Below, piece after piece: positions 13,597 through 27,271 of a stretch of DNA of 64,000 nt. How positions within the stretch are numbered: the first letter of the stretch is position 1; every line of letters begins with the position of its first letter. Made by a program: the position numbers and the translations under genes. The DNA is from Octopus sinensis. Its lineage: Eukaryota. The notes beneath the pieces are model-generated. The model was not told the origin of the DNA. It did not search any database and was given only the letters and a program-made list of their open reading frames with translations. The stretch lies in the NCBI RefSeq assembly GCF_006345805.1, contig NC_042997.1, forward strand, positions 36,518,001-36,582,000. Direction: 5' to 3'.

Positions 13597-14664
13597 AGTT
13601 GGGATACGTTCTAAACTTCATTGGAAATAGATAAGGATTGGCAACAGGAAAGTTGTGTAGGCCTTACGAAATCTATCGCGTCCAAGTGTGTGGATGTTTC
13701 CTACACACATACAATTAGGTGATATTTCCAGCCAGGACGTTACAAGTGTATCTGAATGTTTAAGTGTTTCAGTTCAAAGTATGTCCGAATATTCACTCGT
13801 TTCATTTATCAGTTGTTTATTCCCAATATGCTACGTACTTTTGTTTCTCGATAGTAAACATTTGGAAAATTTTGATTATGCAGTATGCTACTATATACAT
13901 AATTATAAATAAAGAGTAATATGAAATTTATAAATCAGGTAAGTGGTTTTGTAATTACAAAATACTACATTAATATTATTTTCCTATTTGGTGATAAAAT
14001 GCAAACGTAATGTAACTTTTTGGGGACTAACAGAGGATACGAGTACATAATTGTGTGTGACTCTACATGTGTGATAGAGAGAGAGACATAGTAAGAGTAT
14101 GTGTGTCGGTGTATCTGAAATTGCTCATTGATGTTTATACGAATCCGCTTATGTTTCTGTAACTGTATTTCTAATTGTCATAATAGACATTTTGAAGCTT
14201 ACTCAATCGTCTACTTTATGCTGCACCAGCTGAACATATTCAATGTTTATTTGATGACGAATAACGAAATATTTAATGAAAATGCTTTTTCTTTTATATA
14301 GTCAAATTAAGTTTGAACAACTTTATTTAATATAATGTTATGTGAGATGTCATTCAATTAGTTTAAGGTAATTGAAACAATAGTGGTTTGATTACTTGGC
14401 TATTATGAATGCTTCAACACTATATATAAGTGGAATGAAATGTTACAAATATTTGGTTAATGCTTTTCGATCTAATATTATTCTTGATACACAAAAATCT
14501 TAGTAGTTTTGTTGTAGTGGCTGTCTCGTGCAGCACAAGAAACATAATTAGCACATATTTATTTAGTTTCCTGTCTAATTTTCTTTCACCTCTAAGACAT
14601 ATTGAAACAGTAACACAGACACTCACTCAAACACACTTACACACCCATAGGAATAACATACGCG

Positions 14665-14739
<75 letters not shown>

Positions 14740-14743
<4 letters not shown>

Positions 14744-15049
14744 CACCATTCGGTCATGACTGACCGTAAGATTGCACCAAGAAAGTACAAGTCCGGGCAA
14801 GGTTGTTTATGAAAAACCAGTAGTCGCCCATGCATACCAGCCTCCCCTCTCCACGTCACCGATGTTATCCAAGGGAAAAGCAAGGGGCCGATACAGCTTA
14901 GCACCTGTGACGTCGCAACTCATTTCTACAGCTGAGTGAACTGGAGCAAAGTGTCTTCCTCAAGAACACAACACGCAGCCCGGTCCGGGATTCGAACTCA
15001 CCACCTCACGATCGTAAGCTCGACGCTCTAACCACTGAGCCATGCGCCT
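14740..15049 (-). mobile_element. tRNA-derived SINE, family C
   Basis: Reverse complement starts AGGCGCATGGCTCAGTGGTTAGAGCG…GAGTTCGAATCCC (A and B boxes). Homologous to 44395-44730. Confidence 0.9.
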
Positions 15050-15206
15050 TCATATATATATATATATATATATATGATCGCTCTTGTCTCGCGGTGTAAT
15101 GCAAAATTTCTATTTTGGATATATTTTGGGGTACTTAATTGTACAAACGGCTTTGCGTATTTTTGTTCCATGTGTGCAGTTAAGTATTTCATTTATTATA
15201 TAAAGT

Positions 15207-15264
15207 ATTACCGCTGATGAGAATTCTTTATAAACTAACTTAGAAATCGGGCCGATCCGGTGAT
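15207..15264 (+). ncRNA. Degenerate type I hammerhead motif, probably inactive
   Basis: Stem I ATTACCG/CGGTGAT, core CTGATGA, stem II GAATTCT/AGAAATC. The GAAAC strand is mutated to GGGCC. Confidence 0.5.
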
Positions 15265-16506
15265 AACGGAATTTTTAGAAATTTCTGTCACCGTGCTTCG
15301 AGACGTGTGCTTTTAGTAATGAATTATATATGGTTATGTGACGATTTAAAGTCTATTTTTCGGCATGTGTGGTATAAAAATGTTTTTCTTTTTCCCCTAT
15401 TCATAAGTTGTTTATAATTTTCACCTAAAAGGTATTTAAAAATATTTTGATAAATGATAAAATCTTTTTTGAAAATTTTATCCTATATCAGATATATATA
15501 TATATATATGTGTGTGTGTGAGAGAGAGAGAAAGAGAGAGAGTGTGTGTATATTTAGGCATCATCAGTAGTTATTGAATACACAAGTATTTCCTAACGGA
15601 TTCATACTAAGCAATGTCAACATCAAATCAACACGGTTGCAAGTTTTTAAGTATGAGAAATTTCTAAGCAAACCCCTTAGCATCAATTTCAAATAGCATC
15701 AAATAGAAATCGTAAGGTGACGGTTTTCGTCAAACAATTCCCAATATCGCTTGAAAAAGTAGCAACCATATACCCGTAGCTAGTTCAATGCTTCGACAAT
15801 ATATGCTTTAATCGGGATACGATTTATTACAAAAAAAACTAGATAGGAAGTGGTATCAAGTATGCAAAGGATATCAAGGAACACGTGAATAAGAGTAAAC
15901 ACTCAACACACCTGATTATGCGTCATCGCTCTCCGTTAAGTTAAACATTCGTTTTAACATTGCGATGGCTTTATAAATAACTCTCTTCCAACATATAAGT
16001 ATCATAAAATATTTGATGAAGATTGCTTTGATATCTGATACAGGGGTAACGAAATCATCGCTGTTTCTTTAGCCAATACATATAGAACATGTTACCAGTT
16101 TCCAAAATCTTGCCTTTATGGGAATATATCAACCGTAATATCTGTTCTTCAACCAGAAGTATCATTCTGAGCAATATTTCCTACTGAAGGCAGGAAAATA
16201 AATATCTGAATAGTTCTTTCTAAAGCTTTATTTTACAGCTGATTGATACTATATATGTATATACTTACATAAGAGAAAGTAATCTTACAACTGATGTATC
16301 TCAATATTTCTGTCTCCTAACAGATGAAAATATTAGCAAATATAAACTCAGTCAATCCATTAAATACAGCGAGAGGGTTTGTCAAAATTACTCTCTCAAA
16401 CTAAATGGTCAGTATTTGGAGGAGGTGATAATTGTCGTTTGCAGCTACTGCTATTATCAACGAAGATGAAAACTAGTGAATTGTTGAAGACATATCTCTA
16501 TATAGT

Positions 16507-16741
16507 TCTATATTTAAGAGTTGAGGAATTACGTACATTATTCACATTTTGACGGATATTTGTCCGCATCGTGTTTGTTGTTAACACAACGTTTCGGCTG
16601 ATATACCCTCCGCATTCATCAAGTGTCTTGAGAAAATTTCGAACCTGGGTTCTCATTCCTCAGGTATTTTTCCATGTTGTTGTTGTCGTTGTTGTTGTTT
16701 TTGTTGTTGTTGTTGTTGTTGTTATTATATTATTATTATTA

Positions 16742-16782
<41 letters not shown>

Positions 16783-16876
16783 TATTATTATTATTATTCA
16801 GCTCACTGCCTGGAATCGAACTCGGAATCTTGGAATCTTAGTCTTAGTAGCCCGCGCTCTTAACCACTACGCCATA
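16507..16876 (-). mobile_element. tRNA-headed SINE with (AAT/AAC)n linker and hammerhead-bearing 3' tail (family H)
   Basis: Minus strand: A box TGGCGTAGTGG (16864-16874), B box GAGTTCGATTCC (16812-16823), linker 16676-16798, tail with GACAC-TTGATGA…CAGCC-GAAAC-GTT-GTGTT. Confidence 0.85.
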
Positions 16877-16884
16877 TCCCAGGT

Positions 16885-16985
16885 TAAAAAATTTCCCCAA
16901 CACACCTAATGAAGGCTGGAGAGTATATCAGCCGAAACATCGTGTTAACAACAATCAAGATGAGGAGAAATGTAAATAATGTATA
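16885..16985 (+). mobile_element. Inverted partial 3' tail of family H with degenerate hammerhead
   Basis: CACAC-CTAATGA-A-GGCTG…CAGCC-GAAAC-ATC-GTGTT; reverse complement of the tail at about 16540-16640. Confidence 0.8.
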
Positions 16986-18252
16986 TCTCTATATATTGAA
17001 GAACCCTAATTACTAATATGTTAGCATATATTTCATGCCTATTTTCATATTTGTTAGTATGAAATAATTCTCATATTGAAACCTTTCGGCACAGAAAATA
17101 TAATTCGTTTAGCCACATGCACCATGTCGACACACTCTTAATCATATCACCTTCCACATGTTATTGAAGTGATGGTATTATCATATCCTTGTAAATGTGA
17201 ATACATGTATGAACTGACAAAGATTTTAAGGATTGTTTGCAAACAATCAAATTTCAGCATTGTTTTTTACCCAATTATATTTTAAATGTGTTTGAATGTT
17301 TCTGCTTATCATTGTCTTCCAATCGCTTTTTGTCATTTATCTTTAAAACATCTACATCACAGGTGTATAATGAGTGACGCTCTGGGATAATATCAACTAT
17401 ACTCACACTAATAAACCACGTATTTTTATCTCTTTTTAAATACAATATTATACATGTGCACATATATGCACGCACATGGACGTGTACAAACACTCATACA
17501 AATTGGATTTAACAAATACGCGTAGGAAGATCGAATCAAAAAGGGATGTACATTTATAACCCTCTCCCTTCTGAATTCAAAACAGGATGATTGGTTTTCT
17601 TCCCAAGCTATTTTCTGCAACTCCAGTTGCAAAATATATATCCATTCAAAAATATATATCAAATATACCCGTAGTTTTATCTGAACTTTCAAGGTGCTTA
17701 TTTTATGATCATGATGCCCATTTTTGTGTTAGGCAGTGACCAAATTTCATTTACCTTAGCCTCGAGGCAACTAAGCCTCAGGAGTTAAACAGAGGTAATG
17801 GAAAACATGTTACCAGCCCTTAGATTTGATTATACTCAAAGTTTAATGAGTCCACACAATGACTGGATACTTTCTCCATCAGTTGCTCGCAAATGTACAA
17901 CACCCAGTGGAATACTATTATAATAAGTGTAGGTAGATCACTAAAATAGAACACTTAGGGTGTAAAGAGACGAAGACCTGTTTTACAATATACAAACACA
18001 CATACATATACACATACACATATGCGTATGTGCATGTATGTATGCATCCCTCTCTCTCTTTTTCTCTATTTATACATTTATCTATCTATAAAAAAATATA
18101 TATGAACTTATACACATGTTAAATATATAAACATACTTACACACACGAGCGCATACACACACATGTATATATATATATCGCCATGTTGATTCGCTAGCTT
18201 CTGCATGCATTTTTTTCTCTCCTTGTTTCTTTCCGTGTTTCTTTTCTGCGTA

Positions 18253-18290
18253 TCTTTCTGTTGAAGAGCGTAGGCTGGAAACGTAAAAGA
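18253..18290 (+). ncRNA. Minimal type I hammerhead-like motif with variant core, in a Penelope-type non-coding repeat (about 18180-18390)
   Basis: TCTTT-CTGTTGA-A-GAGC GTAG GCTG-GAAAC-GTA-AAAGA: 5-bp stem I, loopless stem III, A6U core change and a 10.1/11.1 mismatch. Confidence 0.5.
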
Positions 18291-19179
18291 CTTGTTTTAT
18301 TTATATTCCTGAGCGCCATACTAATACAATTGTTTGTTTGTACTCCACCTGTCTTCGTCTTTTGTTTATTTTCATAAAGCTTCCCTTTATATATATATAC
18401 ATCTACGCGCCATCATTTCGTAGAGCATGGCAAACGTTGTCTATTTTGCATCAAATTCGAAATACAATAGTTTTCTCTCTCTCTAATATAGTATTTGTTT
18501 TATATGCTTGACTCTAGCGTCTCAGAATTTTGTACAGGCAAACAATTTCAAACTCCGTACATTTCAGTCACTCGCAATAATTTCAGGGCAAATACGCGAG
18601 AGTTATAAAGCGTGCTTCAATGTGTATTTGACATGTCAAGCTTACGTAGAGAATTGAAAGAATGTGTGCGAACCGGTTAGGCGAATGAAAGTTAGAATAA
18701 TGGTTTATCTAATTGTATGATCGCTAGGTAAAACCAGCTAGTTGTGCAACAGCTTTACAATTGAAAACAACTAAAAGTTTAATTGAAATAGTGATACACT
18801 TCAGGATATGTTACATTGCTGCCACCAATTTTCCAATGCTTTTTCAATTTTGTCTTTTAAGTATATTCATTTAGTGTTTCATTTTAGTGATCGCATTACA
18901 TTTATAATATTCCATGCAAAGAATGTAGACACATTGAGCAAATAGAGCCTTGCAAATATCTTAGTCTTATGTAAACTGCATGTGAAATGCTGGGCCTGCG
19001 AGACTTATGCGGCTCGTTTCAATCAAAATTCAAGCCAGTATGTGGCGTTACTATATATTTAAAAATCGTGTACCCACAAAAATTTGCATTATATAAATAC
19101 AAATAATTTAGTTGATGGAAACTGAATTATCCATGAGGAAGTATGAGGTTTTAAAAGATTTTTACTTAACAAGAAAGAA

Positions 19180-19340
19180 CACTGTGTGTGCATGGGGGGG
19201 GGACAGCTTGCTTCTAAACCACATGGTTCCGGGTTCAGTCTCACTGCGTGACAGCTTCCACCAGTGTCTTCTAGTATATCCCCAGGACGACTACCAGCCT
19301 TGTGAATGGATTTCATAGACAGAAAAGAATGAAGCCCGTT
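19180..19340 (+). mobile_element. Degenerate 5' part of SINE family D
   Basis: CCACATGGTTCCGGGTTCAGTCTCACTGCGTG matches 21677-21710. Confidence 0.75.
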
Positions 19341-19358
19341 ATATATATATATATATAT

Positions 19359-19399
<41 letters not shown>

Positions 19400-19727
19400 C
19401 TGTGTGTGTGTATGTATATGTATATGTATATATATAAATATATATATATAGTACAAATATGTTACAAAAAGCCAATATAAAATACACGTGGAGATGTAAG
19501 GGTAAAATATGAAAAATCAACGAAATGCACATTCTAAATAAGAATTAAAAAAAGGCTTTTTATGAAAGGTAACGACAAATATATACATTTAGATTGACTG
19601 GGGTAGTAATAAGAGTCATAAAAGTCATTATTATGAGATGATTATAAGATGATAATAAAGTAAGAAAACAAAGCGAACCATAGTTTCGGCAATCCATTGC
19701 TTTGTATATTATTTGTAAAGGAGGTAA

Positions 19728-19771
<44 letters not shown>

Positions 19772-20485
19772 GCGTGTGTGTGTGTGTGTGTGTGTGTTTG
19801 TGCATTTCGTTTTGGGATTTGGTTTGCAAAATACTTTATATAAGTTCGTGTGTTAAAGTATATACTTGTTGTGTGTGGGGAGAGTCATTCTCTTTTAGTG
19901 CCTTATAATTTAACACACTCACAAGTAATATTTCTAATTATTTCTGCTTTACTATTCTAAAATGTTCGTTGCTTCTTGCAACCTTTTCAACTCTCAAAAC
20001 ATTTTGAAAAGGTTGCCAAAAATGTATGGTTGGAAGGGGTATATACTAAATGTAACGCAATGAGGAGAAAAAGAGAGAAAGGGGGAAAAGAAAGGAACCG
20101 GGAAGGATAAACAGGGGTAAGAGAGAAAGAAATCAAAATTACTTTCAGTGATGACAATACCGCACCTATTTAAGGGGCTACCATCCTTAAACCTATGCCG
20201 ATATAATGTTAAAGGACTAGAGAAATACATAAATGAATGGTGAATAGGAAGGTGGATACCCCTTCTACCTCTCCTTCCCTGTACCTATTATCTGTGCATC
20301 TGTCTGATTATCTATATATCTTATTTTTTTTTGTTCTTTTCTTCCCTTTTACGATCCCTCTTGATCGAAAACCTACGCCACCCTTTTTTTTCTTTTGTTT
20401 TTTGTTTTTTTCATCCCCCAAAAGATAAGCTCTACCTTGTAACTTGTCCCATCTGTGTGCAGCTCTGTGTGGCCAATAAAGAAAC

Positions 20486-21603
<1,118 letters not shown>

Positions 21604-21637
21604 TATATAAATTTTAAAATATATATATATATATATA

Positions 21638-22055
21638 AGGCAGGAGTGGCTGTGTGGTAAGTAGCTTGCTAACCAACCACATGGTTCCGGGTTCAGTCCC
21701 ACTGCGTGGCATCTTGGGCAAGTGTATTCTGCTATAGCCCCTGGCCGACCAATGCCATGTGGGTGGATTTGGTAGACGGAAACTGAAAGAAGCCTGTCGT
21801 ATATATGTATATATATATATATAAGTGTGTGTGTATATGTTTGTGTGTCTGTGTTTGTACTCCTAGCATTGCTTGACAACTGATGCTGGTGTGTTTACGT
21901 CCCCGTCACTTAGCGGTTCGGCAAAAGAGACCGATAAAATAAGTACTGGGCTTACAAAGAATAAGTCCCGAGGTCGATTTGCTCGACTAAAGGCGGTGCT
22001 CCAGCATGGCCGCAGTCAAATGACTGAAACAAGTAAAAGAGTAAAGAGTAAAGAG

Positions 22056-22056
<1 letters not shown>
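21638..22056 (+). mobile_element. Full-length SINE, family D, with internal (TA)/(TG) tract
   Basis: tRNA-like head GGAGTGGCTGTGTGGTAAG…GGTTCAGTCCC and 3' (AGAGTAA)n tail. Reverse copy at 28341-28754. Confidence 0.92.
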
Positions 22057-22102
<46 letters not shown>

Positions 22103-22360
22103 TCTCGCTACCTACCAATATTTGTACCTATCTATTTCCATTTTCATGGAACTTCACCCAAAAAGACTAAAACAATATTTTTTTTCTAAACAAACATCCC
22201 AAAACATATTTTATATGAATGAACAAGCGGGTTGTACATTCATAAAATTTTATTTGAAAAGTACTAGAAACGAATGAAAGCGCTAATAATAATAAAGAAA
22301 TAAAAGAATGTTTTTCGAAAATTCTGACTTTTTTCTCAATATATCTGTATATATAAATGC

Positions 22361-22396
<36 letters not shown>

Positions 22397-22745
22397 CTGT
22401 GTGTGTGTGTGTATGTGTGTGTGTTAAATATGAATTTCTTAGTCACATTCACAATAACTGCAATGACAATCTTAGCAATAAGAAAATTAAAAATACAAAT
22501 AATTGAATTTGAAATATAAATAATCAAATTATCAAAACCAAAATATAGATTACTAACGCAATTTACTAATGCAAAAATTTTTGGATAACTTCATACACAA
22601 TCTAAATTCGGACACTGCATCTGCAGGTGCGAGAATATCCATATCTATACACACAGATTTGTGTGTGCGAGTTTTTAAATAGATATTGTGTTCAGACTAG
22701 TGAGACTCATTATGCCAATAGTTTTAACATATATGCTTAGTACAG

Positions 22746-22840
22746 TTCTATATTTATGAGGAATTATGTACATTATTTACAGTATTTACATTTAACGGAT
22801 GAGGGCAAATATCCGTCAAATGTAAATAATGTAAATAATA
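22746..22840. mobile_element. Head-to-head pair of family H 3' tail ends (short fold-back)
   Basis: TTCTATATTT…GAGGAATTATGTACATTATTTACA…TTTAACGGAT is followed by ATATCCGTCAAATGTAAATAATGTA, the same tail in the opposite orientation. Confidence 0.7.
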
Positions 22841-22891
22841 TATATATATATTTATTTATATATTTAGATAAATAATATATAAGATAAATTT

Positions 22892-22944
<53 letters not shown>

Positions 22945-23026
22945 GTGAAATAGAAAGATGAATAATCTTGTTGAAATAAAACGATTTCTGTTCAATCTTC
23001 GTTCAACTCCATTTCTTAAATTCACT

Positions 23027-23097
<71 letters not shown>

Positions 23098-23417
23098 TAC
23101 ATATAAAGATCGTCGTAGAGTACATTATAAAGTACTTGTTAGAACTTAGTAGAGTACAGTATAAAGCTCGGGCACTTTCATATTTACATTGTGCTATCCA
23201 GTTGTAGTATTATACATACTTCCAGGTATGCCTTTGGGCATCTGTCGCGTGTGATTAGATAGTTAAAATATTAGAGTGAACTAGACGTCACACAGTTGGA
23301 CATTTATTGCATAACCACTACAATTGTTTCCAAGCAACATAGTTCGCCAGGTGTGTATGTACATGACCAACAATACTCCTTCTTATAGACCCCAATTTTC
23401 CCGGCTTTCACTCCCTA

Positions 23418-24488
23418 CACGCCAGCTCAATTTGAATATTTTGAGTCGAAAGACAGCTATTATTTCTTGTTTTGTTTTTTTTTGTATTCGTAATAAAATA
23501 ACATGTTCTCCGTTTTTTTTTATTTGTGCTTTCTTCTTTGTTTCTGTACACATTCGCTAGCTTTCTTACAAAGGGGTCTAATGCTCCTAGGTTAGACGTT
23601 TTGGGGGACAACCAGATCGAACCGTCTCAAGTGTAACTGTTTGAAATGGTCATGCCTTGGGTACTTGACTGAAGAAAGCCAAGACTGACCCGTCTTTTTT
23701 GCCTGTCCTTCTAATTATTTTTTCATTTGTCCGCCTTTGTGTCGTCTATCTGTGTGAACTTTTTAATGTCCTCTATAATGGCGTACGTACTCCCTTCAGC
23801 CCACCATATAGTAGGTATGTATCTAAATTTTGTAAGACTCTTACTCTGTCTTTTACTCCCCCTCTCATTTCTCTTCCTTTCTCTCGCTCCCCCTCTCTCA
23901 CAATTCTTCGCCATCCGTCTTTAACTCCCACTATTTCCCACTCGCTTATCTCCCCTGCACCTTTCTCTTTTTTTTCTAATCCTTCAATCCCGCTGTCCCC
24001 TACCCATTTACTCCTCTTTCCACGTGACCGATGTCCGCCCAGCCATGATCTTTCTTTCTTGGCCTGAATGTCGAACGTCAACACGTCTTGTGTCCATCTC
24101 CTATGTTCCTGCCTTTTGGCATTCACTACATATACGCCAGCTCAATTTGAATCGTTCTCAATCGAAAGACACCATTACTTCTTGTTGTTTGTATTCGTAA
24201 TTCTGTACCATTTTCTCCGTTTTTTGTTTGTTTTTATTTTTTATCTTTGTTACCGTACACATTCGCTAGCTTTCTTACAAAGGGGTCAAATTCTCTTAGG
24301 TTAGAATTTTTGGGGAACAACGAGATGGAATAATCACAAGAGTAACTGTCCGAAATGATCGTGACTTCTGGTACTTGACTGAAGAAAGAAAGCCAAGATT
24401 TACCCGTCATTTTTGCCTGTCCTTCTAATTGCTGTTTCCCTTGTCCGCCTTTGTGTCGTCTATCTCTCCGTATGCTTTAATGTCATCT
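23418..24488. mobile_element. Diverged direct repeat pair (23418-23773 and 24133-24488; period about 715 bp) flanking a pyrimidine-rich core
   Basis: Shared blocks ACGCCAGCTCAATTTGAAT, GTACACATTCGCTAGCTTTCTTACAAAGGGGTC, GTACTTGACTGAAGAAAG and TTTTTGCCTGTCCTTCTAATT. Confidence 0.75.
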
Positions 24489-25684
24489 AACGCGTGTTTG
24501 TTCCATATATATGCGTGTGTGAGTGTGTGTGTGTGTACGTACAAAAGTTTGTTTTATGTTATAACAACAAATTTGCATTAAACTTAAGTATTACTTCGTT
24601 TGATAATGTAGAAATTAATTATTCTTTAACAAGAATATTATTGAAGTTAAACATAGCTAAGCTATCCTCGTACTGCGGTACATGGATTTCATCTTGGCGT
24701 TATCTATTTTCTATTAAACAAACGTTTCCCAGGATAAGATGAGATTTGTTAAATGACAAGTATGTGGTAGGGTAAGCTTTGATGGGGAAATGCGGTAGAT
24801 TATATTTTTATTATTACTATTATTAATTTTAGGGTTATTACAATTCAGAATTTCTGCATCTATATAGTAATCTATTTATGCGTTTCAGCTAATGTTTTGA
24901 GAATGAGAAATTTGAAGTTCAGAGTTCAGTTCGGCATTTAAACCTTTATAATTAGGTGTGTTTATATAGATGTGTCAGATTTTCGGTAATGGAATTTTAA
25001 ATAGGTGATAACTTTCTGTTGGCAGCAGGATGCTTTACTTGTCAGCGTTGTTTAGTATATTTCATCTATTTGGGAAGCTGTGGCTAAGCATATCATTGCG
25101 TTGCCACTATGGGAAAACGCACTACAGTCCGATGACGGCTTTCACTATCAATGCTCTTCTTGTGAAACAATAAAGAATATATAAATACACGTGTATATTA
25201 ATATGTATATACGTGAAGGTTGTTGATTCTTGCTATGACTTTTAGCGTTTAATGCCATAACCTGCCCTTATATGTTTGCAAATTTTGTTTGTGTAGAGAA
25301 ATCAGTGTGTGACTGTGAGGATATATGCAATGCAACTCAAAAAGATAGTATAATCATAAATTTCAACCACAAAGTTTCGGGGTGGATATGAAGCACAATG
25401 AAAAGATACCAGGAATTGTGTGAAGACTGGTTCAGTTACTACCTCAAGTCATGATACCTCAAATGCTCACATATAACATATGGAATTAAATAAATGGGGA
25501 CTGATATTGCATGCATGTGAATCACAGTGACATCGTTGGGTTACAACATATCATTGAAAAACAGCGTTAATGTGCAACATGAGTTTGAAAACCACTGTTT
25601 CATTGCGAAGATAGTGATATGTGTGTATGTGTGAGTATGTGTGTATGTGTGAGTATATGTGCGTGTGCGTGTATGTATGTATTT

Positions 25685-25935
25685 GTGGCAGTGTGGGAAG
25701 GAGCTTGCTTCTAAACAACATGGTTCCGAGTTCAGTCTCCCTTGCGTGGCACCTTTAGCAAGTGTTTTCTATAAAATTGGGCCACCAAAATCCTTGTGCA
25801 TAGAGGTAGAAGGAAACTGTGCGTATCCGTCGTATATATGTATATATGTATGCGTGTGTCTTTGTGTCTCTGTTTATCCCTCACCACCTCTTGAGAAGCG
25901 ATGCCGTTGTGCTTACCGTCACATGAGGAAATATG
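25685..25935 (+). mobile_element. Degenerate SINE family D
   Basis: Head CATGGTTCCGAGTTCAGTC…GCGTGGCACCTTTAGCAAGTG and a later GGAAACTG…CGTCGTATATATG match family D. Confidence 0.7.
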
Positions 25936-26049
25936 TTGTATAGAATTTCAGCGATTTGTTGTACATCAAGCGTGTGTGCATTTATATATGTATGCATCTT
26001 GCTGTCTATCTTCATATTTGTATCTCTCACTTTCTTTGTATATACATAA

Positions 26050-26115
<66 letters not shown>

Positions 26116-26338
26116 TCAATATAGGGTGGCAAAAAGAATTTTGTATAATTCTTTTTGCCACCAGCGGCCTAGTGGGAAAAAATTAAATAGTCATAGACCA
26201 TTTTTAAGTTCAACATCAACAATCAAGGAACGGCCATGATAGGCCATTCACCCACTAGAAATAACAGCCAAAGCTTCAACCGCAAATAAAGATTAATTCC
26301 GTAAACAGGAGAAAATTTAAAAAACATTTACCCTGTAA

Positions 26339-26442
26339 TTTCTTGTACGATGCACCGTTTCATCTGCTGTTTAATGGTAAACTAACCTGATTAATTAAAT
26401 CAAGCCAATCTTCCATAGGCCCTCAGATTCTTCAGCAAGAAA
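26339..26442 (-). ncRNA. Type I hammerhead ribozyme with intact core
   Basis: Minus strand: stem I TTTCTTG/CAAGAAA (7 bp), CTGAAGA, stem II ATCTG/CAGAT, GAAA, stem III ACGG-TGCA-TCGT, cleavage triplet GTA. Confidence 0.85.
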
Positions 26443-27047
26443 TAGCCAAGTCGGAACAGATATTTTCACGAGGCATTTCCGACCCTGCCAAGGTAATATC
26501 TGACCTAAAATTTTCAAATCGTCGCACTCGCGCCAAATTTATCGGCAGCAAATAAATATAAGCCGTCGATTCCATTACGGAATTAACCAGAAAATTCATA
26601 ATTAATCAATATAGGGTGGCAAAAAAAATTTTGTAGAATTCTTTTTGCATCGTACAAGAAATTACAGGGTAAATGTTTTTTAAATTTTCTCCTGTTTACG
26701 GAATTAATCTTTATTTGCGGTTGAAGCTTTGGCTGTTATTTCTAGTGGGTGAATGGCCTATCATGGCCGTTCCTTGATTGTTGATATTGAACTTAAAAAT
26801 GGTCTATGACTATTTAATTTTTTCCCACTAGGCCGCTGGTGGCAAAAAGAATTCTACAAAATTTTTTTTGCCACCCTATATTGATTAATTATGAATTTTC
26901 TGGTTAATTCCGTAATGGAATCGACGGCTTATATTTATTTGCTGCCGATAAATTTGGCGCGAGTGCGACGATTTGAAAATTTTAGGTCAGATATTACCTT
27001 GGCAGGGTCGGAAATGCCTCGTGAAAATATCTGTTCCGACTTGGCTA

Positions 27048-27151
27048 TTTCTTGCTGAAGAATCTGAGGGCCTATGGAAGATTGGCTTGATTTAATTTAA
27101 TCAGGTTAGTTTACCATTAAACAGCAGATAAAACGGTGCATCGTACAAGAA
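27048..27151 (+). ncRNA. Second copy of the same hammerhead, with G12A core change
   Basis: TTTCTTG-CTGAAGA-ATCTG…CAGAT-AAAAC-GGTGCATC-GTA-CAAGAA. Confidence 0.75.
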
Positions 27152-27271
27152 TTACAGGGTAAATGTTTTTTAAATTTTCTCCTGTTTACGGAATTAATCT
27201 TTATTTGCGGTTGAAGCTTTGGCTGTTATTTCTAGTGGGTGAATGGCCTATCATGGGCGTTCCTTGATTGT

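Noticed and set aside
25120-25180. CCGATGA…GTGAAAC as a hammerhead
   Set aside because: No stem I or stem III and no NUH site could be paired.
26124-26161. Hairpin as a CRESS-virus rolling-circle origin
   Set aside because: The loop (TTGTAT/TTGTAG) lacks the NANTATTAC nonamer and no Rep ORF is present.
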